A DNA stretch of 64,000 bases from an uncultured Flavobacteriaceae bacterium. GTDB lineage: Bacteria > Bacteroidota > Bacteroidia > Flavobacteriales > Flavobacteriaceae. Made by a program: the position numbers and the translations under genes. This document shows positions 19,711 to 30,700 of this stretch, piece by piece; position 1 is the stretch's first letter, and each line of letters starts with the position of its first letter. The notes below the pieces were generated by a model that was given only the letters and a program-made list of their open reading frames with translations, ran no database searches and was not told the origin of the DNA. The stretch spans positions 5,265 to 69,264 of the forward strand of contig CANLWB010000018.1 of assembly GCA_947494695.1 (NCBI GenBank), given 5' to 3'.

Positions 19711-20157
19711 ATGGAACTTATATTAAAACAAGACGTTGAAAATTTAGGATTTAAAGACGATATTGTAACAGTTAAGAACGGTTATGGTAGAAATTTTTTA
19801 ATTCCTCAAGGACAGGCTATTCTAGCGACAATTTCAGCTAAGAAAGTATTAGCAGAGAACTTAAAGCAAAGAGCTTTTAAAGAAAAGAAGATCGTTGATG
19901 ATGCTAATAAAATAGCAGAAGCTTTAAAGGCTTTAGAAATTAAGATAGCAGCAAAAGTTGGTACCGGAGACAAGTTATTTGGATCTGTAAACAATATTAA
20001 TGTTGCTGAAGCTTTAGAGAAAGAAGGTCATACTATCGATAAAAAATTCATTACTGTGACTACTGTAAAACGTACAGGGAAATACAATGCTGTGGTACGT
20101 TTACATAGAGAAGTTACTGTTGATCTACCTTTCGAAGTTATTGCACAAGCAAAGTAA
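19711..20157 (+). CDS. rplI: 50S ribosomal protein L9
   Basis: 148 aa. The N-terminus MELILKQDVENLGFKDDIVTVKNGYGRNFLIPQG is canonical. Confidence 0.95.
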   Translation: MELILKQDVENLGFKDDIVTVKNGYGRNFLIPQGQAILATISAKKVLAENLKQRAFKEKKIVDDANKIAEALKALEIKIAAKVGTGDKLFGSVNNINVAEALEKEGHTIDKKFITVTTVKRTGKYNAVVRLHREVTVDLPFEVIAQAK

Positions 20158-20197
20158 GCGGATAACAAAAAGTTAACAAAAACTTTTAAATAATATA

Positions 20198-20226
20198 AAG
20201 CCATTCTAACGAATGGCTTTTTTTGT
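20198..20226 (+). terminator. intrinsic terminator after rplI
   Basis: AAAGCCATTC-TAAC-GAATGGCTTT followed by a T-run. Confidence 0.7.
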
Positions 20227-20294
20227 TTACTTTTGTCCATTATAGTGTTATGCGCGCATAACAGACAAGCGACTAACTTAAAAACAATATTCAA

Positions 20295-23200
20295 ATGAAG
20301 AAAACTACGCTCGCAATTTTTTTCTTATTTTTCGGGTGCCTTGCATTTTCGCAAGTTACAACATCAAACATTAAAGGTCTGGTATCAGACCAAAGCTCAC
20401 AATCACTTCCAGGCGCAAATGTATTAGCTATTCATACACCTACAGGAACAAGGTATGGGGCAGCTACAAATTTTGACGGAAGATTTAACTTATTAAATTT
20501 AAGAGTAGGAGGACCTTATACCGTCACGATTAGTTTCGTTGGTTATAAAGATCAAACATTTAACGATGTCTTTTTAACATTAGGTAAAACAACAAATCTA
20601 GATGTTGTTTTAGTTACAGATAGTGAAGAATTGGACGTCGTTGTTATTCAGGGTAGCGGAGGAACCGGTACATTTGGTAGTGACCGAACAGGTGCTGAAA
20701 CCAGTGTTGGTAGAAGAGAATTAACAAGATTGCCTACCATTTCAAGGTCTCAGTCCGACTTTACCAGGTTGGAACCTACAGCCAGTGGGGGATCGTTTGG
20801 AGGAAGAAACGACCAGTTTAACAACTTTTCCCTTGATGGAGCCATTTTTAACAATCCGTTTGGACTGGATGCGGCAACACCTGGTGGACAAACCAATGCA
20901 CAGCCTATTTCGTTAGATGCTATTGAGCAAATTCAAGTGACTACAGCTCCATACGATGTAACCCAGTCCGGATTTACAGGAGCCTCTGTAAACGCTGTAA
21001 CGAAAAGTGGAACCAATGAATTTCATGGAACAGTTTATGGTTTCTATAGAGATGAATCGATGACCGGTAAGAAAATTAAAGGTCAGGACGTAACCCGACC
21101 AGACTTAAATCAAACACAATACGGTGTGAGTATTGGAGGACCGATTGTTAAAAATAAATTGTTCTTTTTTGTAAATTTAGAAAGTGACGATAGAGATGAC
21201 TTAGGGAGTAACGGATGGGTTCCAAATACAGGTTCAGGAGCAGTAAATGAATCGAGGGTTACAGAGACAGACTTAATTGCTGTTCAAAATGCCTTGGCAA
21301 CTTTAGGCTATAATACCGGTGCCTATAAAGGCTTTACTTATGCCTCAAAATCAACTAAAGGAATCGTTAAATTAGACTGGAATATCAACCAAAATAACCG
21401 TTTGGCAGTTATTTACAATTGGTTAGAAGCGTCAAAAGAAAAGCCTGCTCACCCAACAGCTCTTGGGTTTAGAGGACCAAATGCGGCAACACTACAATTT
21501 GAAAATACAGGTTACGAGATTAATAATAACTTAAAATCTGTTCAAATAGAGTTAAATTCAACGCTATCTGATAAAGCAACGAATAAACTACAGGTTGGTT
21601 ATACACATTTTGACGATTTTAGAAACCCATTATCGGCCCCGGCCCCAACCATTACCATATTAGAAGGAGGCTCCAATTACATTATTGCAGGTCATGAGCC
21701 ATTTTCAATTCATAACAGACTGGATCAAAAAGTATTTCAGTTTACAGATAATTTAAACTTCTTTACAGGAGATCATACGATCACTATTGGAACCTCTTTT
21801 GAGAAATTTCAATTTGATAATTCTTTTAACCTTGGTGTATACGGAGGTAGAGGTGTGTTCTTCCCATCTTACGGAAGTGTGGCAGATTTACTAGCTGATG
21901 CTGGAGCAGGAGGTGGATTGGAGACCATGTTAAACGAAGCAACTGCCGCCCATGCAGCTCTTGAAGCAGCCGGAGAAGGAAATGCTGGAGGTTGGGCACT
22001 TGCCGAAACAAATGTTGGACAATTGTCTTTTTATGTGCAGGATGAGTGGAATGTAACCGATAATTTAAAATTAACATACGGTCTGCGTTTCGATAAGCCA
22101 TTATTCTTCAACTCAGCAGAGAAAGCACAGGATGTTATAGATGTTGCCTGTTGTTATTCTCCAACAATGCAACTTTTTAATCCTAATACTAATAGTACAA
22201 CAACTTTAGACAATACTAAAATGCCAAACAACGATTGGTTAATTTCTCCAAGAGTTGGGTTTAATTACGATGTACATGGAGATCAAACATTACAAATTCG
22301 TGGTGGATCAGGATTATTTACAGGCCGTTTTCCATTTGTATGGTTAGGTAATCAAATTGGAAATCCGAACGGGTTCTTCTGGCAAGCCGTTGATCCCGAT
22401 TATAAATTTCCTCAAGTTTGGAGAACGAACTTAGGAGCAGATAAGAAATTAGAAAACGGATTAATTTTAACAGCCGATGTATCTTATACCAAAGATATTA
22501 ATGGAGCTCACGTACAAAATTGGGGATTAACATCTCCTTCCGGAACATTATCCGGAGTGGATAACAGACCATATTATACAGATGCAAATAGATTAAACTT
22601 CTTTGGAGTAGGAGGAGGACCGTTTGTATTTAGTAATTCAGACAAAGGACGTATCTGGAACGCTTCTGTTAAAGCACAAAAAACTTTTGAAAATGGGTTA
22701 TATGCGATGTTAGCGTATAACTATTTAAATTCTAAAGATGTTAACTCGATTGAAGCCGAAATTACTGGGGATGCTTTCGCATTTAACCCGGCTTTAGGAA
22801 ATGTAAATGACGATGTGCTGTCGCATTCAAGATATGGAGATACGCACCGCTTTATTGGTGTAGCCAGTAAAAAATGGACGTATGGAAATGATAAATGGGG
22901 AACGACCATTTCTACATTTTTTGAGTACGCTCAAGGAGGTCGATTTAATTATACGTATGGTGGTGACTTAAATGGAGACGGATCATCTTTAAATGATTTG
23001 ATTTACATACCAACCGCTGCCGATATTGGTAATATGCAATTCGCTAATGCTGGAGATGCTTCAGCGCTTGAAGCTTATATCCAACAAGACGATTATTTAA
23101 ATGACAGACGTGGACAATACGCAGAGCGCTATGGCGCTTTAGCACCGTGGAGAGGACGTTGGGATATCAAGTTTTTACAGGATTTTAATATTAATGTAGG

Positions 23201-23474
23201 AAACGATAAAACCAACACGATTCAATTAAGTGTCGATATTTTGAATTTTAGTAATTTTCTAAATTCAGATTGGGGGGTTATTCAACAACCTAATAATGTT
23301 CAACCTATTGGGGTGACTTTCCCAGATGCCGATCCGGATCCAGAAGTTTATGTTGCAGATCGTACGCAAGCACCTACTTATTCTTTTAATGCGAATCAAA
23401 CGGATACATTTGGATTTGATTCCAGTTTAGCATCACGTTGGCAAATGCAGGTCGGATTACGTTATATTTTCTAG
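20295..23474 (+). CDS. TonB-dependent receptor with carboxypeptidase-regulatory-like N-domain (Oar-like, no SusD partner)
   Basis: 1059 aa with a signal peptide and a CarbopepD_reg-like block (GLVSDQSSQSLPGANVLAIHTPTGTRYGAATNFDGRF). A plug region follows, and the barrel ends in ...GLRYIF. Confidence 0.85.
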   Translation: MKKTTLAIFFLFFGCLAFSQVTTSNIKGLVSDQSSQSLPGANVLAIHTPTGTRYGAATNFDGRFNLLNLRVGGPYTVTISFVGYKDQTFNDVFLTLGKTTNLDVVLVTDSEELDVVVIQGSGGTGTFGSDRTGAETSVGRRELTRLPTISRSQSDFTRLEPTASGGSFGGRNDQFNNFSLDGAIFNNPFGLDAATPGGQTNAQPISLDAIEQIQVTTAPYDVTQSGFTGASVNAVTKSGTNEFHGTVYGFYRDESMTGKKIKGQDVTRPDLNQTQYGVSIGGPIVKNKLFFFVNLESDDRDDLGSNGWVPNTGSGAVNESRVTETDLIAVQNALATLGYNTGAYKGFTYASKSTKGIVKLDWNINQNNRLAVIYNWLEASKEKPAHPTALGFRGPNAATLQFENTGYEINNNLKSVQIELNSTLSDKATNKLQVGYTHFDDFRNPLSAPAPTITILEGGSNYIIAGHEPFSIHNRLDQKVFQFTDNLNFFTGDHTITIGTSFEKFQFDNSFNLGVYGGRGVFFPSYGSVADLLADAGAGGGLETMLNEATAAHAALEAAGEGNAGGWALAETNVGQLSFYVQDEWNVTDNLKLTYGLRFDKPLFFNSAEKAQDVIDVACCYSPTMQLFNPNTNSTTTLDNTKMPNNDWLISPRVGFNYDVHGDQTLQIRGGSGLFTGRFPFVWLGNQIGNPNGFFWQAVDPDYKFPQVWRTNLGADKKLENGLILTADVSYTKDINGAHVQNWGLTSPSGTLSGVDNRPYYTDANRLNFFGVGGGPFVFSNSDKGRIWNASVKAQKTFENGLYAMLAYNYLNSKDVNSIEAEITGDAFAFNPALGNVNDDVLSHSRYGDTHRFIGVASKKWTYGNDKWGTTISTFFEYAQGGRFNYTYGGDLNGDGSSLNDLIYIPTAADIGNMQFANAGDASALEAYIQQDDYLNDRRGQYAERYGALAPWRGRWDIKFLQDFNINVGNDKTNTIQLSVDILNFSNFLNSDWGVIQQPNNVQPIGVTFPDADPDPEVYVADRTQAPTYSFNANQTDTFGFDSSLASRWQMQVGLRYIF

Positions 23475-23501
23475 AATTCTATCATTAAATATATTAAATT
23501 T

Positions 23502-23528
23502 GCGCTCCTAATTTTAGGAGCGCTTTTT
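23502..23528 (+). terminator. intrinsic terminator after the TonB-dependent receptor
   Basis: GCGCTCCTAATTTTAGGAGCGC followed by TTTTT. Confidence 0.75.
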
Positions 23529-23537
23529 AGTGAAACC

Positions 23538-23760
23538 CAGATTTTAGTTCGTTTTAAAACGAACTAAAATCTGCCGGTTGAACTAATCCCGCCTTTGGCG
23601 GGATTTCATAATTAAAACGAACCTTGTTTAAGTGTTCGAAATGTCACTTTGTGTCATGCTGTTTAGTGTGATACCAACCTGTCCGGTTGGCAGGTATCGA
23701 GAAGTTTTTTTGTCGAATATTTATTGGCCTGCGTGCAGCAGACAGGTTTTCGATACAATC
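23538..23760. repeat. cluster of REP-like palindromic elements
   Basis: There is a perfect 36-nt palindrome at 23538-23573 (CAGATTTTAGTTCGTTTTAAAACGAACTAAAATCTG). Further hairpins are AATCCCGCC-TTTG-GCGGGATT (23585-23605), CGAAC..GTTCG (23618-23638), GATACC..GGTATC (23670-23698) and CCTG..CAGG. Confidence 0.7.
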
Positions 23761-23867
23761 CCAATAGAAAACGGGAGCTCTCTAATTGACATATATTTTC
23801 TTAAACAAGATTCATCTTAATTGATACAATCTCGTTAAAAAGCGAAACCCTATAAATTGAATTTTAA

Positions 23868-24335
23868 ATGAAGTACGCAAGACTTACTAAGGAACAGTTT
23901 GAAGAGTTACACCAGGAGTTTATAAACTTCCTGGCAACACAATCTATTACGGCAGATGAATGGGCCAATCTAAAAGTTAATAAGCCAGAGCTGGCAGAAA
24001 CAGAACTGGATGTTTTTAGTGATTTAATTTGGGAAGGTGTGCTGAATACAGCCGAATATCTGGAGCATATTTCATCGCAACATATGTATTTGTTTAAGTT
24101 GGATGAGACGAATATGAAGGCCATAGTCGTGAATCTAAAAAATGACGTTGATATTACAACAACAGAAGGATACAATTGGTTACGGGAGAATTTAATGGAT
24201 GAGAATGTAGAGTTTTTCCAGGCCGATAAAGACTATTCCGATGATAAGAATTTAGATAAATTTCAAATGATCGAACAAGGAGCTGTGATTACCAAAGGTG
24301 ATTTGTTTAAGTATTTTGATACGTTGATAAATTAA
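23868..24335 (+). CDS. conserved hypothetical cytoplasmic protein
   Basis: 155-aa ORF with coding-like composition and an acidic, helical N-terminus (MKYARLTKEQFEELHQEFINFLA). No family is confidently recognised. Confidence 0.55.
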   Translation: MKYARLTKEQFEELHQEFINFLATQSITADEWANLKVNKPELAETELDVFSDLIWEGVLNTAEYLEHISSQHMYLFKLDETNMKAIVVNLKNDVDITTTEGYNWLRENLMDENVEFFQADKDYSDDKNLDKFQMIEQGAVITKGDLFKYFDTLIN

Positions 24336-24661
24336 CGAGAGTTTCTATGTTAAATTAGTATTCAATGAACAGTTGGAATTTGGTATTTGGAATTTAAAAG
24401 AGCGTGAGCAGTGAAGTGTATTTAGCATGCACGCCTCGTTTGCCCTAAATGGCCATTAATCTAACATAACCCAATAACTCATAATCAATAACTCAATAAC
24501 AACCACTATATTTTCTATAGAAAAAGCGAGTTAAGACGATTGCATTATATATTTTTGTCATTCCGAACTTGATGCGGAATTCACTTTTGAAAAACTAATA
24601 ATTATTAAAAAGATTCCCACTGGAGTGCCCCTCGAGTGGAGTCTGAAGATAGGCACTAAAG

Positions 24662-26032
24662 ATGGCTCAAAAACCAGGAATACCAAAAGGAACCAGAGAC
24701 TTTAATCCAGAACAGGTAGCAAAGCGTAATTATATTTTTAATACAATTCGCCGTACGTTTGAGACTTTTGGGTTTCAACCTATTGAAACACCAAGTTTTG
24801 AGAATTCCAGTACGTTAATGGGGAAATATGGGGAAGAAGGAGATCGTTTGATTTTTAAAATCTTAAACTCCGGGGATTATTTGTCAAAGGCAAACAAGGA
24901 AGCATACGAAGCCAAAAATTCAAATAAACTAACATCAAGTATTTCAGAAAAAGCCCTGCGTTACGATTTAACCGTGCCATTTGCGCGTTATGTCGTGCAG
25001 CACCAAAATGACATTGAGTTCCCTTTTAAACGCTATCAAATACAACCGGTTTGGAGAGCAGATAGGCCGCAAAAAGGACGTTTTAGAGAGTTTTATCAGT
25101 GTGATGCCGATGTGGTAGGATCTCAATCTTTGTGGCAGGAAGTTGAATTCATTCAGCTATACGATAGGGTCTTTTCAGATTTAAAGTTAGATGGCGTTAC
25201 TATTAAGATTAATAACCGTAAAATACTTTCAGGTATTGCAGAAGTTATTGGAGCGTCAGATAAATTGATAGATTTCACTGTTGCACTGGATAAGTTGGAT
25301 AAAATAGGAGTGGAAAAAGTGAAAGAGGAGATGCTGGCCAAAGGTATTTCAGAAGATGGTATTGCTAAACTTCAACCCTTATTCACTTTAACAGGAGGTT
25401 TCCAGTCACAAATGGATCGTTTAAAAGGTATTTTAAGCACTTCTGAAGAAGGACAAAAAGGTATTGAAGAATTAGAATTTATTAATACAGCCATTTCAGA
25501 ATTAGGATTGTCCACAGCAACACTACAGTTAGATGTTACCTTGGCTCGTGGCCTTAATTATTATACCGGAGCTATTTTTGAGGTTGCTGCACCAGAGGGT
25601 GTGAAGATGGGATCTATTTGTGGAGGAGGGCGCTATGATGACCTAACAGGTATTTTTGGACTTAAAAACGTGAGTGGTGTTGGGATTAGTTTCGGACTAG
25701 ATAGAATTTACCTGGTATTAGAGGAGTTAGACTTATTTCCAGAAACGGTAAACAAAAAAGTGAAAGTCCTTTTTATAAATTTTGGAGATAAAGAAGCTTT
25801 GTTCAGCCTAAAAGCGATTAATGCTCTTCGTACACAAGGCGTGAATTCTGAATTATATCCAGACACGGCAAAAATGAAAAAGCAAATGAATCATGCGAAT
25901 AAGCGTGAGATTCCTTTTGTGGTGTTAGTGGGGGAAGAGGAAATAGCTTCGAAGACATATACCTTAAAGAATATGACTTCAGGGGAGCAGCAAAACGTGT
26001 CTTTAGAAGCCTTAATAGACCTTGTGAAATAA
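24662..26032 (+). CDS. hisS: histidine--tRNA ligase
   Basis: 456 aa. It has class II motifs ([36 protein letters not shown]) and a C-terminal anticodon-binding domain. Confidence 0.95.
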   Translation: MAQKPGIPKGTRDFNPEQVAKRNYIFNTIRRTFETFGFQPIETPSFENSSTLMGKYGEEGDRLIFKILNSGDYLSKANKEAYEAKNSNKLTSSISEKALRYDLTVPFARYVVQHQNDIEFPFKRYQIQPVWRADRPQKGRFREFYQCDADVVGSQSLWQEVEFIQLYDRVFSDLKLDGVTIKINNRKILSGIAEVIGASDKLIDFTVALDKLDKIGVEKVKEEMLAKGISEDGIAKLQPLFTLTGGFQSQMDRLKGILSTSEEGQKGIEELEFINTAISELGLSTATLQLDVTLARGLNYYTGAIFEVAAPEGVKMGSICGGGRYDDLTGIFGLKNVSGVGISFGLDRIYLVLEELDLFPETVNKKVKVLFINFGDKEALFSLKAINALRTQGVNSELYPDTAKMKKQMNHANKREIPFVVLVGEEEIASKTYTLKNMTSGEQQNVSLEALIDLVK

Positions 26033-26371
26033 AGTGCAAAGTTGGTTCAAGACGCTCGTGTGGTCGAATTACAATTATATTAAGACGTAAGTGACCAGCT
26101 CAAAATATCTTCATTACTAACATTTTTTAGTGTACAACCTATAACTGGTGTATGCGTTTCCATGTATCGTCTTGTTTTTGTTTAATCTTGTAGTTTGGGT
26201 ATCAAAGCAATAGATTTGAACCCAATTAAATTGCAAAAAAAATGATGTAATCCTCCTCACTGTTTTCAGGGTATTCGCTTTTCACGGTATACAGTGAGAA
26301 AAAATAGTAGACGGGGATATATTTTTGGTGTATTAAAATAATGAATTATTAAATCTTAAAAAATACACACT

Positions 26372-26782
26372 ATGGGATTAGCTGAAAAAAGAATTGTTAA
26401 AGCATATCAAGAAGGTACATATAAAACATTGGTAGATGAAATAAACGCTTTAGGAGGATACGATTTAGAATTCGAAGTTAATTGGGATAGTCTTTCTAAC
26501 AATACATATTCACATATTTGGGAAAATACATTTTCTCAGATTTATTTTACACCCATCATTAATGCTTTTAAAGAAATTACTGCAGATGACATGGGTAAAG
26601 AAGCACTTCAGGAATCTCTCAAGAAAATAGTTATTAAGGATGATAACGATAATTTTTCTCCTTCAAGTGCATATAGTTTTGAAGACAATACATTAATAAT
26701 CGATCACTCCAGTTATTCTAATGCCGATAATGTTGATGAGCGTTCTACATTTCTTACTGAATTTTTAGAATCAAAATTGTAG
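26372..26782 (+). CDS. hypothetical protein
   Basis: 136-aa ORF with no signal peptide and no recognised motif. Confidence 0.45.
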   Translation: MGLAEKRIVKAYQEGTYKTLVDEINALGGYDLEFEVNWDSLSNNTYSHIWENTFSQIYFTPIINAFKEITADDMGKEALQESLKKIVIKDDNDNFSPSSAYSFEDNTLIIDHSSYSNADNVDERSTFLTEFLESKL

Positions 26783-26792
26783 AAAATACAGA

Positions 26793-27470
26793 TTGATGTA
26801 CAATGAATTAAAAAGAGTTCCTGGTTATAGTAAACAGGAGCTTTTGTTATACATTCTGGAACAAAACGAGTCCATAGCTATAAAAATTATAACTAATTCC
26901 GGGCATGAACATCGAGGAAATGTGTTGCATCTACATGAGCTAAAGCACGAAGGCGATATTTTAATGTTACAACTTATCGATTTTGATAAGAAAACAACTA
27001 ATAATGTTTTACACATTTCAATGGATAAACTAGAATCCATCGAATTTCTGGAAGATCATGACGTTCTTAAGGTTTTATCAAGGGGGACTTTTTTTAAACA
27101 AAAGGAGTACGAGGTTTCAGGAAAACTGCAGGTTAAGAAAGCCTTACAAAAATTTTCAGATGCCATTTTTGAGACCACAGATGTACAGGTAGGTGTTCCA
27201 AATGTTACATTTCCAACCGATGGAAAACAATTAAACAGAATGTTGCAACTTACAGAATTGTTACAACGGGTTATGCTAGAAATATTAAAGGAAGAAGATG
27301 CTCGTATTAGCTGGAAATCTAATTATAGTAATATAGCTTTTATTGAAAGTGATAAGTTAAAGGTCATTAAAAATAATGACACTATGGAAATACATTTCGC
27401 TTTTACAAACTTAGAGCTTCCGGAAATACCTATAGAGGAAGTAACTACAGAAATACTAGGTGTTTTATAG
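26793..27470 (+). CDS. hypothetical protein
   Basis: 225-aa ORF starting 10 nt after the previous ORF. No signal peptide and no recognised motif. Confidence 0.45.
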   Translation: MMYNELKRVPGYSKQELLLYILEQNESIAIKIITNSGHEHRGNVLHLHELKHEGDILMLQLIDFDKKTTNNVLHISMDKLESIEFLEDHDVLKVLSRGTFFKQKEYEVSGKLQVKKALQKFSDAIFETTDVQVGVPNVTFPTDGKQLNRMLQLTELLQRVMLEILKEEDARISWKSNYSNIAFIESDKLKVIKNNDTMEIHFAFTNLELPEIPIEEVTTEILGVL

Positions 27471-27621
27471 ATGTTTAGAGATCCGTTGTGCATAAAGGGG
27501 TTAAGCTGGTATTTTCAATGTCAACTTGAATAATTTCGATAAGTAGGGATCGCTCGAATTTGACAGAATTTTATCAAAATGCACAACGGGTTTATAAATA
27601 GTAATATCATGCTGTAAAACA

Positions 27622-27651
27622 AAAGAGCCCTAAACTCGTTTAGGGCTCTTT
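27622..27651 (-). terminator. hairpin terminator between convergent genes (better T-tract on the minus strand)
   Basis: AAAGAGCCCTAAA-CTCG-TTTAGGGCTCTTT. On the minus strand it is followed by TTGTTTT. Confidence 0.65.
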
Positions 27652-27721
27652 CAAATATAGTTAAGTAACAAAATAGATTAATATTTTAAGTGACTAACTC
27701 AAATAATTAACTTAACTATAC

Positions 27722-30700
27722 TTATTTAATCAACACTTTTTTTGTAATAGTTCCGAATTCGGTTTCAATTTTCAAAATATAATTTCCTGTTTTAATCTGA
27801 TTCGCATTATAGACTAAATATGTTTTATTGGTTTTGATGTCAAACTTAAATAGGGACTGCCCCAGTGTATTTAACATTTCAACAGACTCTATTAATTTGG
27901 AGACGGGGTTATTAATAACAATGCTATTCTTTTCATTGGAATAATAGGCTTCAATAGGTTTGTCATTAATATCGCTAACAGCTAAAGTCTGCGCCTTAGA
28001 AAAAGCGAGCTCAAAACGTCCGAAATACACTCCAGGAGCAAGCGAGATATTGTAATCTGATTGGTTTAGGTCGTGATAAATGTTTAATTCTTTATCATGT
28101 AAGTAGATTTCAAAATTGTCGGGAGTATGTTCGAGTGCGTCTATGCTGATGCTATTAAGTCCGTCTTTATCCGTATGCATACCAAGGGGAATGATGGTGC
28201 TTTCATTGATGTCATTAATTCCCTGTATGGTGTATTTTTCGTCGTTAATAAGCCAGTACATATCATCGATCTGGGTGTCTATATATTTAGAATCGTAACC
28301 CCAATCGTAATTAGGCGAAGCATTTTCGTCGACCGTAATTAATAGCTGCCTGCGAATGTTGCTTACAGAATTAAAGCCAATTCTAAGCTTCATGCGGGTA
28401 TCCCCTTGATTATTTATTTTTCCTTTTTTAGACGGTTTTACAAATAATGAATTGCTGCCATCTTCTACTTGGAAGACGCGTTGTCCGTTATTGAACTTTA
28501 CCGTTCCACCATGTTCTGCAGAAACAAAGAAGCCCTGTGCCACCGGAATGTATCGTCCTGGAATTTTGGTAGGTGTGCCTTCTGTTGATACATCGGGGTG
28601 ATGCGTTCCAAAAGACGCTGCTGGTACACCTCCTGCAAGTGAATAAGATGCATAGCCTCCCTGGTATTCTCGCAAAATATGAGAACCACCTCCCCAGTGT
28701 TCCCAAAAGTATAACGATCCGGTAGTAGACCCCGTGCCCGAGATTGTAGCTCCATTATCCAGTATAAACTGTATAGCATCTATGGCTGAAGGGTAAGGGT
28801 TACCCACCAGATAGTCATTTCCAGTACTAATAGTAAGGTCGATATCACCATTATTAGGTTTACCTCGTAAACCATAATTTTGAAGTGTACTAATAGTGCC
28901 CGTTCCTGGGCCTTTCATGGTAAACCCTTCACCAGCAAGTAGTGTGCCCGTACTGCGCACATGCTGCCATTGGGAGTAATTGGCTTCCCGATTACTAAAC
29001 TTCCAAATCCAATAGTCTGCAATGCCTAGAGGAGACGGGCTACCGTTGTATCCAGAGGTTAAAAAGGTGACATTTGTAAAAATATCGGTCACTTTATAAC
29101 TATTGTTATTCGTGGTTGTATTGGATATTCCAACGGGGGACGCCCAGTAATTGTAAGTATAAGTATCTGCCGTTCCTTGTTGGTCTTTTTCAAGCGTTCC
29201 CGAACTTGTAACATCAAGCATGCTATCTTCAGTTTGAATTAGCTGTGAATCTCCTTCAAGATCAATATTTCCGTCTAATTTTAAATACCAGGTATTAAAT
29301 AATCCAGAATCCCCAGTAACCTGTAGGGAACTTCCGTTGTCTATAAATAGCCCAACTGTTGTTAAACTGGTGTTTATTTGTAGGTCGCCTTTTACCTGGA
29401 TAATACCACAGTTTGGTGCCGAACTGCTAATATCCCATAGACTTCCCTGCTCCCAATTGCTTGAATCGGTCCAGCTTCCGCTGCAAGATGAAGTCGTAAT
29501 ATAGGGCATAGGAGCGGTTTGTATTTCAATTAATTTAGAATTGTAAATTCTAGCTCCAGAGCCAGTATCTATGGTAGGCGTTGTTAAGTCATCAATAACG
29601 TTGTCTTTATAAGTGTCAAGTCTGTAGTACCGTTCTAAATTAGACCAGTTAAGCGGTGTAACTGTTAAAGGATCTACAAAATCGGTTATATCCAGAGGGA
29701 TAATAGTTCCCCGAGCAATCCCACTGTTATCTTCAATTTCCTGGTGAATCATTTTGTGAAGCTCGTTTTCAGTTAAGGCCTTACTAAATACCCTTACCTC
29801 GTCGATACAGCCATGAAAATAATTACTGTTCGTATCAGGTTGTCGACCTATGGTAAAGCTGGAACTATCCGAATTTAGGGTTCCAGAAATTGAAACGCTA
29901 GCGCTTAATGTTCCGTTTATATGTAGTTTAAAAATACTATTGGCATCGCTATAGCTTGTGGCAACATGTATCCATCGATTGGTAGTTAGTGGTGTGCCAT
30001 TAGTTATGGTGTTTCCGCCTGCAAATGCCGTAATGCTTTTATCGGCGTTGAGACGCATGTAAAACTCATCCTGTCCAACAACAACCTGAACACCAGAGGA
30101 AGAAGGATCAATTTTAATCCAGGCCATCAATGTCGTTTCTCCCCAACCGTCTATAACTGAGCCTTCGGAGGCATAATCGTTTCTGCCATCAAAGTATAGT
30201 TGAAGCTTTCTATCGAGATCTCTTGGGGAACCAAAAATACCATCATCTGTATCAAATAGGTCAAGAATACCATCACCTTCAGCATCATTTGTATCGTCTA
30301 TGATGCCATCATTATCACCATCTAAATCGGCATATAGGGTATGTGAAATATCGAAGGTTGAACCATCGGAAGTCACATCTATATAATCCGGAATATTATC
30401 ACCGTCAGTATCCCGTACATAATGTTCCCAACCAGAGCCTGTAGCTCCCTGGTTAGAATTACCATAGGCAGTTGCAAATGTTACACCTTCATGGAAATCG
30501 TATATATCTAAAATCCCATCGGTGAAAAACTCAGAAGTACCATCAGAATCGATATCCGTTTCTCTTACTGTATCCGTGTCTGTTCCGTCCCCGACGCCAT
30601 CCCCATTAATATCACCATCCCCATTTTGATAGTTTGTATCTGCGATGTTCGTGGCCCCAGATTCATCCACATCAAAAATGGTGTCGTTATCGGAATCCAG

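Noticed and set aside
23632-23820. 62-aa ORF (MFEMSLCVMLFSVIPTCPVGRYREV...).
   Set aside because: It is generated by the stack of REP-like palindromes. The peptide is the translation of hairpin arms, not a gene.
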